A stretch of 64,000 nucleotides of DNA from Clostridia bacterium (lineage in GTDB: Bacteria > Bacillota > Clostridia > TANB77 > UBA1234). Position 1 is the stretch's first letter; every line of letters begins with the position of its first letter. Below the pieces are notes generated by a model. It had not been told where the DNA came from, did no database searches, and saw only the letters and a program-made list of their open reading frames with translations. The stretch covers positions 571,048 to 635,047 of the forward strand of contig JAFWYG010000005.1 in assembly GCA_017522765.1 (NCBI GenBank), written 5' to 3'. Made by a program: the position numbers and the translations under genes. Shown piece by piece: positions 39,998 to 47,951 of the stretch.

Positions 39998-41101
39998 GTG
40001 AAAAATATTCATCGGATTGTATTAACCGGCGGACCGTGCGCTGGCAAAACTACTGCTTTCGCGCGGATTGAAACAGAACTCACAAATTTGGGCTATAAGG
40101 TTTTCGTTATGCCAGAAACTTTCACCGAGATGTACGGTGGCGGAATAAAGCTTCTCGAATACCCTAATGTAGAATTTCAAGACATGCTTTTTAGATTGCA
40201 GCGTGCTAAAGAACACATTTATGATGAAGCTGCTGAAAAGTGTGAAACTGAAAATGTAGTCATACTGTATGATCGCGGTCTGGTAGACGCTCTCGCATAT
40301 ACCTCTCCCGAAGATACTGAAGAAATCCTTCGTCGCAATAAGGTAACTATCAACACACTTATGAACATGTACGATGCTGTAATCCATATGGTTACTGCAG
40401 CAGATGGCGCAGCGGAAGCCTACATCGCTAACAAAGAAAACAACCCTGCGCGCTATGAATCTGTCGAAGACGCAATTAAGGTAGATCATGCTTTGAAAAA
40501 TGCGTGGACCGGTCATCCTCACCTTCGCATCGTGGATAATAGCACCGACTTTGCAAATAAGATTAATCGCATGATGGCTGAAATTTTTGCCGTTCTTGGC
40601 GAACCTGTGCCGTTGGAAATCGAAAAGAAATTCCTTATCAAAGCACCTGTTCTTGCAAACCTTTCTCAACATATTAATTTCTCTGAGCAGCAAATTATTC
40701 AGACTTATCTTTGTGACAACGGTAACGGCATCGAAAGACGTATTCGTATGCGTGGTACTGAAGGCGACTACACATTCTTCTACACCGAAAAGAAGTTTAT
40801 TCGTCCTGGTGTAAGAGTTGAAACCGAACGTAAGATTTCCGAAAGAGAATACATCAACTATCTGATGCAGACCGATTGTCAAAAACGTCAAATCCGAAAG
40901 ACTCGCTATTGTTTCATTTACAATAACCTGTACTATGAGCTGGACGTCTATCCCTTCTGGGAAGACAAAGCTATCCTCGAAATCGAGCTTTCTTCTGAAG
41001 CTTCGAACTTTGAAATTCCCGACTTCATTAGTCCTATCAAGGATGTTACTGATAACCCTGCATACAGCAATTATATGCTGGCAAGTAAAATCCCTGATTA
41101 A
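39998..41101 (+). CDS. P-loop NTPase (AAA_28/NadR-kinase-like) fused to a CYTH (triphosphate tunnel) domain
   Basis: Walker A GGPCAGKTT. The C-terminal domain has the CYTH hallmarks LEIEKKFLIK (ExExK), RIRMRG and a terminal EIELSSE. 45-53% GC. Own sigma-A-type promoter (TTGACT-17-TATAAT), GTG start after AAGGAGG, and a rho-independent terminator at 41119-41154. Confidence 0.7.
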   Translation: MKNIHRIVLTGGPCAGKTTAFARIETELTNLGYKVFVMPETFTEMYGGGIKLLEYPNVEFQDMLFRLQRAKEHIYDEAAEKCETENVVILYDRGLVDALAYTSPEDTEEILRRNKVTINTLMNMYDAVIHMVTAADGAAEAYIANKENNPARYESVEDAIKVDHALKNAWTGHPHLRIVDNSTDFANKINRMMAEIFAVLGEPVPLEIEKKFLIKAPVLANLSQHINFSEQQIIQTYLCDNGNGIERRIRMRGTEGDYTFFYTEKKFIRPGVRVETERKISEREYINYLMQTDCQKRQIRKTRYCFIYNNLYYELDVYPFWEDKAILEIELSSEASNFEIPDFISPIKDVTDNPAYSNYMLASKIPD

Positions 41102-41315
41102 TCACACAATTCATATCTATGATGCCCGCGCTATTTTAGCGTGGGCATCATTTTTCATTTGACATATCCTTCATCTATATATATAATGTTCGTAATAAAC
41201 AATCAAAAGTAAGGGATAGCCGATAAAAACAAATTAACATCATAATGCTAACGCAAAGTGGACCAAGCAAAGCTTGGTCCTTTGCCGTTTTATAAGACTT
41301 GTATTTTATATTTAC

Positions 41316-41393
41316 AATAAACCTTTATTTGAGAAGTGCGCTCGCAGGAACTTTAGTTCCGAGTACAGCACGGCGATGATAAAGGTTTATTGT
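41316..41393. repeat. Copy 2 (inverted orientation) of the ~80-bp hairpin element seen at 28501-28585
   Basis: caataaacctttat ... core (reverse complement of the copy-1 core, with 1 mismatch) ... ataaaggtttattg. A perfect 14-bp terminal stem with one compensatory pair change relative to copy 1. Confidence 0.6.
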
Positions 41394-41556
41394 TTTTATC
41401 TTTCTGTATAGTTTTTAAAAAGTAAGTACCCTTATGGTTCACTTTTGTAACAAACTTGTAATTTGAATACACAATATTCTTGTGATAGAGTTTAATCGGA
41501 AGTGTATATAACTAATTTATTCGACTATCAGTTTTTTCTGAAAGGAGGCAAATTCA

Positions 41557-42792
41557 ATGTGTGAGAAAACAAACACCACGTGGCGTGATCTTGCGCAGAA
41601 TCTTCATGAAGAAGGAACACCTGTAGAAGAAATTTGCAGTAAAGTGTATGAAGAATTTGGCTCGGCATTCAAGGCTAAGGACTCTTCTGCTCGGACTGTA
41701 AAGCGCTTTCTTCGTGAGACTTTTGGTGCCGCAAGCATCGCGCCTCCACCGAAGACTTTTGAGGAACAAGTATCCGAACGTCGCGACAAAATCTTAAGTT
41801 CGGAAGCCGCCAAACAAGACAAAAAGTTGCTTACCAAGATTGCTGTTACCGAAATGATTATTGACTCCATTCGCGATGTTGTTCGCGAACGTCCTTTTAG
41901 AGACATCAAACCCTTCGAGGTAAAAGTCGACCGCAACTATTCTGAAGAGACTATCGTGCTCATGATTTCCGACATTCAAGCGGGCACGTACATTTCTAAA
42001 GAATCCAGCGGTGGTCTTAATGAGTACAACTGGGATATCCTTGAGAAACAGTTTGTACAACTCTATAAAGGACTTGAAGAAATCGTCACTCGTCACAAAC
42101 AAGTCGCTCCCATCTCTTCTTTGCATGTGCACCTTATTGGCGACATCGTCGAGGGTTACGATATCTTCAAAGGACAAACCAGACAGATTGACCGCGAAAT
42201 TACCGAACAGGCAATTGGTGTTAAGGATTTGCTCTGCGAATTCCTTATCAAGACGCTCTACCTTTTCGATAAAGTTCACGTGGTAGCTGTTCCTGGTAAC
42301 CATGGTCGTATTGGTTCTAAGGGTGAAAACCTGCACTACGTAAGCTGGGACTACATCGTATACAAGTGGATGGAATCCGAGCTGAAACAGTATGACAGAA
42401 TCACCTGGCAAATCACAAAATCTTGGTGGCAGATGGACACAATCTATGGCTTCAACTTCTTGATGTTCCATGGTGATGACATTCGTTCTTGGCAAGGTAT
42501 TCCCTATTACGGTATCGACCGTGCAGCTAAGAACTATACTGAGCTTTTGCAGCTCATCGGACTCAACTACAACTACCTTGAGCTCGGTCATTTCCACGTT
42601 CCATCTGAACTTCCTGGTGTCACCACCGAAAAGTTTATCAACGGTTGTTGGCCTGGCGGCAGCTTATATTCCATGAAAGGACTTGTAACTGCAAACTATC
42701 CTGTACAAAAACTTTTTGCCGTTCATCCAACGCAAGGTGTAACCTATCGTTATCCTTTGCGTCTCACACTTCCGAAGAAAGGCAAGAAATAA
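41557..42792 (+). CDS. Calcineurin-like metallophosphoesterase with an N-terminal extension of about 130 aa
   Basis: Motifs LMISDIQAG, HLIGDIVEG (GDxxxRG-like), AVPGNHG (GNH), FHGDD and GHFH. About 43% GC. RBS GGAGG and the terminator aagactagagttgaaaagctctagtcttttt. Confidence 0.7.
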   Translation: MCEKTNTTWRDLAQNLHEEGTPVEEICSKVYEEFGSAFKAKDSSARTVKRFLRETFGAASIAPPPKTFEEQVSERRDKILSSEAAKQDKKLLTKIAVTEMIIDSIRDVVRERPFRDIKPFEVKVDRNYSEETIVLMISDIQAGTYISKESSGGLNEYNWDILEKQFVQLYKGLEEIVTRHKQVAPISSLHVHLIGDIVEGYDIFKGQTRQIDREITEQAIGVKDLLCEFLIKTLYLFDKVHVVAVPGNHGRIGSKGENLHYVSWDYIVYKWMESELKQYDRITWQITKSWWQMDTIYGFNFLMFHGDDIRSWQGIPYYGIDRAAKNYTELLQLIGLNYNYLELGHFHVPSELPGVTTEKFINGCWPGGSLYSMKGLVTANYPVQKLFAVHPTQGVTYRYPLRLTLPKKGKK

Positions 42793-42917
42793 TTTTCGAG
42801 TTGTCATATGATGAGAAAAGACTAGAGTTGAAAAGCTCTAGTCTTTTTGATTGAAAAACCTTCTTAAATATTGTATGCTATACGTATTATTAAATATTTG
42901 AGGAGGTATTATTTTAT

Positions 42918-43466
42918 ATGAAGAAAACATACGAAAACATTGAAAGAATACTTATTTCAAAAGATGAATTATCACAAAGAGTTAAAGAACTTGGCGCACA
43001 AATTACCAAAGATTTCGAAGGTGAAGAAGTTATTGTTGTTGGTGTCTTAAAAGGTTCTGTACTTTTTATGACTGATTTAATTAGAGAAATCGACCTTCCT
43101 ATGGATATTGATTTCATGGTAGTTTCAAGTTATGAAGGCTCTACTGTTTCTTCTGGAAATGTGAAAATTATTAAAGATGTAAACATCGATGTTGCAGGTA
43201 AAAACGTAATCATCGTAGAAGATATTATCGACTCAGGACGCACAATGCATAGTTTAAAAGAACTTTTTGAAGTTAGAGATTGTAAAGTGTTTAAAATATG
43301 CACTCTACTTGATAAAAAAGAAAGACGTAAAATTGAAATTGATGCCGACTATGTTGGCTTTGATGTACCTAACGAATTTGTTGTGGGATACGGCTTAGAC
43401 TACGATGGCAAATATAGAAACTTAGAAGATATCGGAGTATTAAAACCTGAAATATATACTAAATAA
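42918..43466 (+). CDS. hpt: Hypoxanthine phosphoribosyltransferase
   Basis: PRPP-binding motif VIIVEDIIDSGRTM and the Hpt family pattern. Low GC, so this is a native gene. Bidirectional terminator at 43468-43507. Confidence 0.9.
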   Translation: MKKTYENIERILISKDELSQRVKELGAQITKDFEGEEVIVVGVLKGSVLFMTDLIREIDLPMDIDFMVVSSYEGSTVSSGNVKIIKDVNIDVAGKNVIIVEDIIDSGRTMHSLKELFEVRDCKVFKICTLLDKKERRKIEIDADYVGFDVPNEFVVGYGLDYDGKYRNLEDIGVLKPEIYTK

Positions 43467-43509
43467 AAACAAGAAACCCGGCTGCTTTTTATTGCAGTCG
43501 GGTTCTTTT

Positions 43510-44217
43510 TTATTTGTTAAAAACTTGCATTGCTTTTGCGTAAATTTCATCGTGGATGTCATCGATAGTACGCAAGTTACCATTCTCATCAACGCAGTCG
43601 ATGATAGTCCAACCGTACTTCTTTGCCACCCAAAGAGATGTCTCGTACGCAGCTTTCAAATGCTCGTCGTCGGCTTCGTGAATGTCACGTTCGCCGCCAG
43701 AAGAAGTTTGTCCTCTTTTTGCCTTGAGAATTTTTGCTTGCTCATGAGGCATGTTCAGAAGGATAACTTCATCGTAATTAGGAATACCCATTATGCCATT
43801 TTCAAATTCGTACAACCAGTCGATAAGCTCTTGCTTCTCTTCTTCAGTCTTAAGCTTACACGCCTGGTGCAGAATGTTAGATGTGATGTATCTAGCCAAA
43901 AGTACGTTGCCACCAGCGCGGTAGGTTTCGCCCCACTCGCCTTTCATATATGATGCATATCTATCTACAGCGTAAAAGACTGAAGCTGTCTTCGCGCTGA
44001 CGTCAGACGCATTCGCACCGAAATCGCCGTTCAAATACTGTCTAACAAACCAGCTGCTATCAGACGGATAATCAGGGAAACTTGCCGTTGCAAACTTTAC
44101 ACCTTCAGCTTCCAATCTTTCACACAACTTGTTAAACTGTGTAGTTTTGCCACTGCAGTCAGTGCCTTCTATGACTATGATCTTACCCATGAGAAAATTC
44201 CTCCTTTTCAAATTCAT
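43510..44217 (-). CDS. Thymidylate kinase-like (dNMP kinase family) protein
   Basis: P-loop GKIIVIEGTDCSGKTTQ and a DRY-type motif (AVDRYASY). About 45% GC, an HGT signature. Own terminator upstream at 44330-44365. Confidence 0.65.
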   Translation of the reverse strand: MNLKRRNFLMGKIIVIEGTDCSGKTTQFNKLCERLEAEGVKFATASFPDYPSDSSWFVRQYLNGDFGANASDVSAKTASVFYAVDRYASYMKGEWGETYRAGGNVLLARYITSNILHQACKLKTEEEKQELIDWLYEFENGIMGIPNYDEVILLNMPHEQAKILKAKRGQTSSGGERDIHEADDEHLKAAYETSLWVAKKYGWTIIDCVDENGNLRTIDDIHDEIYAKAMQVFNK

Positions 44218-44327
44218 ATAGTTATATCAAATTTGTCTCTGGATTTCTGCTTCATTGATATCTTATATTAATGAAAGTAAAAGTCAACATGAAAAAATTT
44301 ACAATTACGCCCATCAAAAAAGAGCAC

Positions 44328-45431
44328 TTATTGTGCTCTCTTGTTTTTATTCTTTGCTTTCCAGAAAAGTCTCTTTATTCCAGTTAAAAACTTGGCCCAG
44401 TTTGTTTGCTCTTCTACATCAATTAAATATTTGACACCCGGCTCAACGCTAACAATTTCTTCTTTTTGATACACGCCTTTGCGAGCCGCATAAGTTTCTT
44501 CAGCTTCTGCTTGCATCACAGCATCTAATTCTTCAAGAAATTCCGCTACTGTTTTTTCACTAACATTTAGGTACTCTTGCATAAACGCCCAGTCTCCTTT
44601 TCCGTCTTTAATGTGTCTTGCTAATTTAAATAACTTCGTTTGCATATCTTCACCATAACTTGTACATTGTGAAAGCGCAACAGCAAACTTGTTTGCAAAC
44701 GCTGTTGAAAGTTCACCTGTATAAATTGTGTTGTCTATGTAATTAATTAATTTTTTAGTACCTGCTTCCAATAAAATTTCATTATCTTCAGAAACGTTAT
44801 AAATTTCAGCAAGTCCTGCAGAAATTTCTTTATGTCCAATTTCACCAGTTGTAGCTTTGCTCCAAATTGTTAAAAACATTGTTGCACATTTGTTTGGATC
44901 CTTAAAATGATTCTTTTTAACCGCGTGTGCCACAATCACTTCCGGACTCATGTTAAATACATTCTTTTCTTTCATATAATATATGAATGCATTTGAATAA
45001 TATACAGGTAAAAATTCTTTTAATAAAGTATATTCTCCATATTTTGATGCACCTTTTGCTTGCACACTCACCCAACGACGCATAAATTCATAAATCAAAT
45101 TATGAGCAGTATTAATTGTCCCATCAAAGTCAAACTTTGTTCTTTGTCTAATATATTCATTCAATAACGCACCTGATGAATCAATCTTAACAATAAATTC
45201 TTCTGTGAGATGATACACCATCGCGATATCTATTTTCATATCTGTACACGACACATCTATGTAACCATCGCGCACTTCGTCTTCGTAACGCATTAGTTTC
45301 AAAAAGATGTCCATGTTGTTTTGTACAAGTGAGTTATCTTTCAAAACTTGTACAGAACTTTTAATGTACTTCGCTATGGTCGCTTCACGTGCTGTTGCGA
45401 CATTTGTATTATCTGTACTTGTCTTTTGCAT
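44328..45431 (-). CDS. Hypothetical protein (367 aa)
   Basis: Long ORF with the terminator agagcacaataagtgctct+T6 downstream. No recognised motif. Confidence 0.5.
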   Translation of the reverse strand: MQKTSTDNTNVATAREATIAKYIKSSVQVLKDNSLVQNNMDIFLKLMRYEDEVRDGYIDVSCTDMKIDIAMVYHLTEEFIVKIDSSGALLNEYIRQRTKFDFDGTINTAHNLIYEFMRRWVSVQAKGASKYGEYTLLKEFLPVYYSNAFIYYMKEKNVFNMSPEVIVAHAVKKNHFKDPNKCATMFLTIWSKATTGEIGHKEISAGLAEIYNVSEDNEILLEAGTKKLINYIDNTIYTGELSTAFANKFAVALSQCTSYGEDMQTKLFKLARHIKDGKGDWAFMQEYLNVSEKTVAEFLEELDAVMQAEAEETYAARKGVYQKEEIVSVEPGVKYLIDVEEQTNWAKFLTGIKRLFWKAKNKNKRAQ

Positions 45432-45608
45432 AACTCCTCACTTTCTTCTTTAGTAAAAATAAATTTCCATATATAACTATTTTATCAATCTTAAAAATTT
45501 GTGCAATAGTTTTTTCGCTATTTATATTAGTAGAAATTTTAAAAAAATAAAATGGGGAAACCCCCGGGCATCTCAATTAAGAGAATGCTCCGAGGGTTTC
45601 AAAATTTG

Positions 45609-46148
45609 TTAGATGAATTCCAGATTCCATTCAGTGGAACGCAGCGCCTTGAATTCCTCTTCGCCACGCTCCGCCATCTTGTATCTGTCGAGGTCAATGG
45701 TTTTAAGCCAGTGAACATAGCACGCAAAGCGCTTCAGCTCGTAATAAGGGAGCCACAGCTTTGCTGCGACATTAAGAACAATGTCAACGGTTCTGCCGTT
45801 CTCATTGATGTGCAGTGCGGGAGATGCCTGCTTACCCAGGAATGTGTAGTTTACGGTTGCTCCGTATCTCTTGGGAATCGGGGCATTTTCATGCACGCAC
45901 AGCTGACGCATCAGATGAATCAGATAGTAAAGCGGAAGCTTGGTTTCGCCGTTGCTACCACCTTCGCTCACCACTTCGGTGATTTTCGCCGTTGTCGGCT
46001 CCATCTTGAAAAGAATCTCATAGGTGCACGTGCTCCCGTCCTTCTTCTCGATGATTTTGGTTGCTCGAACCATTTTTTCGTTTCCTACGTTTGCTTTTTC
46101 CATGTTGTCATTCCTCCCATGGTTGTTAATCTTCGACTTTGTACTCAC
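45609..46148 (-). CDS. Hypothetical protein, paralog A of a tandem pair (about 50% GC)
   Basis: Alignable to the upstream paralog (TYEILFKMEP / EYEYKIHFHINP; PLYYLIHLMRQL / RPYMLLHLLTRVY; IPKRYGA / GFPRKAEA). Overlaps its partner by 23 bp. Complex terminator at 45555-45600. Confidence 0.55.
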   Translation of the reverse strand: MSTKSKINNHGRNDNMEKANVGNEKMVRATKIIEKKDGSTCTYEILFKMEPTTAKITEVVSEGGSNGETKLPLYYLIHLMRQLCVHENAPIPKRYGATVNYTFLGKQASPALHINENGRTVDIVLNVAAKLWLPYYELKRFACYVHWLKTIDLDRYKMAERGEEEFKALRSTEWNLEFI

Positions 46149-46674
46149 ATGTCCACATCTCAGCGTGAACGGGATTCAGAGTATGATAAGGACTTCTTTC
46201 ACCCTCAGCACACATCAGCTCATAGGTGGGTTCATCATAGAACTGCAAGTTCTGAATGTATCTCACCATCTTGAGAATGTCCGGTGTGCTCATCCAGTCA
46301 CCATTCACCTGCTGATCCAGTCTGTAACGCTTGCCAGACTTAAAAATCTTCAGTGCAGGATGGTGCAGATATTTGCCCTTGGGGTGCTGCTTCGGATTCT
46401 TTACATACTGTGCTTCAGCTTTGCGCGGGAAACCGATCTGTACATTGGTTTCTTCGTAAACGCGTGTCAGCAGGTGCAGCAGCATGTACGGCCGAATCGA
46501 AATCTTGCCTTTCTCAGAGACAAAACGCGGCAGGCCGTTTTCCGGGTTGATGTGAAAATGGATCTTGTACTCATACTCTTTTCCAGAGTTCGACTTGAGC
46601 ATCGCCGTGGCGTACACATGCAAACGCTTCTTGTCTTTGTCGGGGTTGCCAACTTTTCCTACATCAGCTTTCAT
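46126..46674 (-). CDS. Hypothetical protein, paralog B of the tandem pair (about 50% GC)
   Basis: RBS GCAGGAGG. Preceded by promoter-operator element R1. Confidence 0.55.
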   Translation of the reverse strand: MKADVGKVGNPDKDKKRLHVYATAMLKSNSGKEYEYKIHFHINPENGLPRFVSEKGKISIRPYMLLHLLTRVYEETNVQIGFPRKAEAQYVKNPKQHPKGKYLHHPALKIFKSGKRYRLDQQVNGDWMSTPDILKMVRYIQNLQFYDEPTYELMCAEGERSPYHTLNPVHAEMWTCEYKVED

Positions 46675-46755
46675 TGATAAAATTCCTCCTGCATTAGCAG
46701 ATTAGTCAAGAGCTTGTTGCCTTGCTTAGGATATATACAAGTATTCTTGCCGAGG

Positions 46756-46862
46756 TCATTATATCACGACTTTTAAATTATGTAAAGTGTCCCATTTTGG
46801 GACGGACTCTTCGTGGGACAAGTTGTCCCATAATAGGTCCGTCCCAAAATGGGACAAAAACA
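46756..46862 (-). promoter_or_regulatory. Promoter-operator element R1: nested palindromes (GTCCCA-N4-TGGGAC, GGACGGAC, GGGACAA-C-TTGTCCC) immediately upstream of a -35 TTACAT / -10 TATAAT promoter
   Basis: The 19-nt perfect inverted repeat gtcccattttgggacggac / gtccgtcccaaaatgggac flanks the 15-nt palindrome gggacaacttgtccc. About 90% identical to R2 at 47814-47922. Confidence 0.6.
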
Positions 46863-46892
46863 CGAGCGCCACAATATGTGACGCTCGCTTCC

Positions 46893-47753
46893 TTAATATG
46901 TGATTTCGTTGTAGGGTTTGCCCCAGTTGTTTCTTACCCATTCGTTCAACTTCTCAACACCCGCCTCATCAGTGCCAAACTTTCTGCGCATCATGAGAGC
47001 CATATCATTGAAGCTCATATCTTCAGTGAACTTCTCCGGCAACGGCAACTCCCACTTAAGTCTCATATGCTCATAAACACTTCTAAGAGCACAGGAAAGT
47101 TCAAAGACATTCTTTGTCTTGATTCCCCATGCTTTAACAGGTACATCAGGTTTCTTGTTCTGCATTTCATGAAGGCCTGCAGCCACAAAAAGTTCTGTGA
47201 AATACGCCCAGTTCCGACTGTTTCCCCAGCACTCGATTGCGAAGAGATATCCCTCAGCTCTTTCATAAAGCTTCAGACTAAGACCAGATTCCTTATCTTC
47301 CAGAAAGTTTGCGATGTTAAGGAGCTGTTTAGAAACTTCAGACGGCTTCTTGCCCCAAGGCTTTTTAAGTGCCGTACACAACTCCGAAAAAACTGGCTGC
47401 GTGTCTTCCTTTTTGTTAGGAAAAATACTAATATGTGTTTCGTACCAATTCGGGCCACTGCGAGGATTACCATTAAAGGAAAACATCAGCCCACAGCGCT
47501 TCATGTTGATTGCCGCATTCAGCAGCTTACAAAGATTGTCCCGATCGCTTTTTAATGCGACATCAAGATATGCGAAGTGATGATCGCCAGCATCACAGCC
47601 AACAGTCTCAACACCTTTTTTGTGACAAAGCCACAGAAGTTCCTCCAGCATTTTATTACCTTCAGCCCATTCCGGGATAGCCACTTTAAGCTCAGCTTCA
47701 CTCAGCCCACCGATTGGAATCGATTTGCCGCAGTTCCACTTCGACCTATTCAT
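46893..47753 (-). CDS. Hypothetical protein (286 aa, about 48% GC) bracketed by R1 and R2
   Basis: RBS GGAGAAGGAGG before ATG (MNRSKW). The plus-strand ORF 46722..47555 is low-complexity antisense junk. Confidence 0.55.
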   Translation of the reverse strand: MNRSKWNCGKSIPIGGLSEAELKVAIPEWAEGNKMLEELLWLCHKKGVETVGCDAGDHHFAYLDVALKSDRDNLCKLLNAAINMKRCGLMFSFNGNPRSGPNWYETHISIFPNKKEDTQPVFSELCTALKKPWGKKPSEVSKQLLNIANFLEDKESGLSLKLYERAEGYLFAIECWGNSRNWAYFTELFVAAGLHEMQNKKPDVPVKAWGIKTKNVFELSCALRSVYEHMRLKWELPLPEKFTEDMSFNDMALMMRRKFGTDEAGVEKLNEWVRNNWGKPYNEITY

Positions 47754-47813
47754 AGAACGTTTCCTCCTTCTCCTATAGATGATTAGGATCTACAAATTTG
47801 TTTATTAAACAGG

Positions 47814-47922
47814 TGGATTATATCACGGCTTTTAATTTATGTAAAGTGTCCCAAAGGTGGACGGACTCTTCGTAGGACAATTTGTCCCGCAATGGGTCCG
47901 TCCCCTAGTGGGACAACAAAAA
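47814..47922 (-). promoter_or_regulatory. Promoter-operator element R2 (second copy of R1) driving the 46893..47753 gene
   Basis: Same palindrome architecture and the same -35/-10 (TTACAT ... GATATAAT). Followed upstream by the terminator gcgacttgagaaatcaagtcgc+T5 of the giant gene. Confidence 0.6.
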
Positions 47923-47951
47923 GCGACTTGATTTCTCAAGTCGCCTCTCTT

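Noticed and set aside
28501-41393. Composite transposon delimited by the two inverted hairpin-element copies
   Set aside because: The intervening 12.8 kb is dominated by core low-GC housekeeping genes (smpB, flotillin, maf, spoIID, rplT-rpmI-infC). No transposase is present.
40022-42597. Minus-strand ORFs 40022..40891 and 41794..42597
   Set aside because: They are antisense to the P-loop-CYTH gene and the metallophosphoesterase gene, both of which carry clear catalytic motifs. No motifs or RBS support the antisense frames.
45552-46677. Plus-strand ORFs 45552..46274 (240 aa) and 46024..46677 (217 aa)
   Set aside because: They lie antisense to the two minus-strand paralog genes in a 50% GC segment. 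Their translations are Arg/Cys/Leu-rich low-complexity sequences with no RBS. This is the typical spurious shadow-ORF pattern in high-GC DNA.
46722-47555. Plus-strand ORF 277 aa overlapping the 286-aa minus-strand gene
   Set aside because: It starts inside the R1 operator element and has a junk-like composition. The minus-strand gene has an RBS, a promoter (R2) and a terminator.
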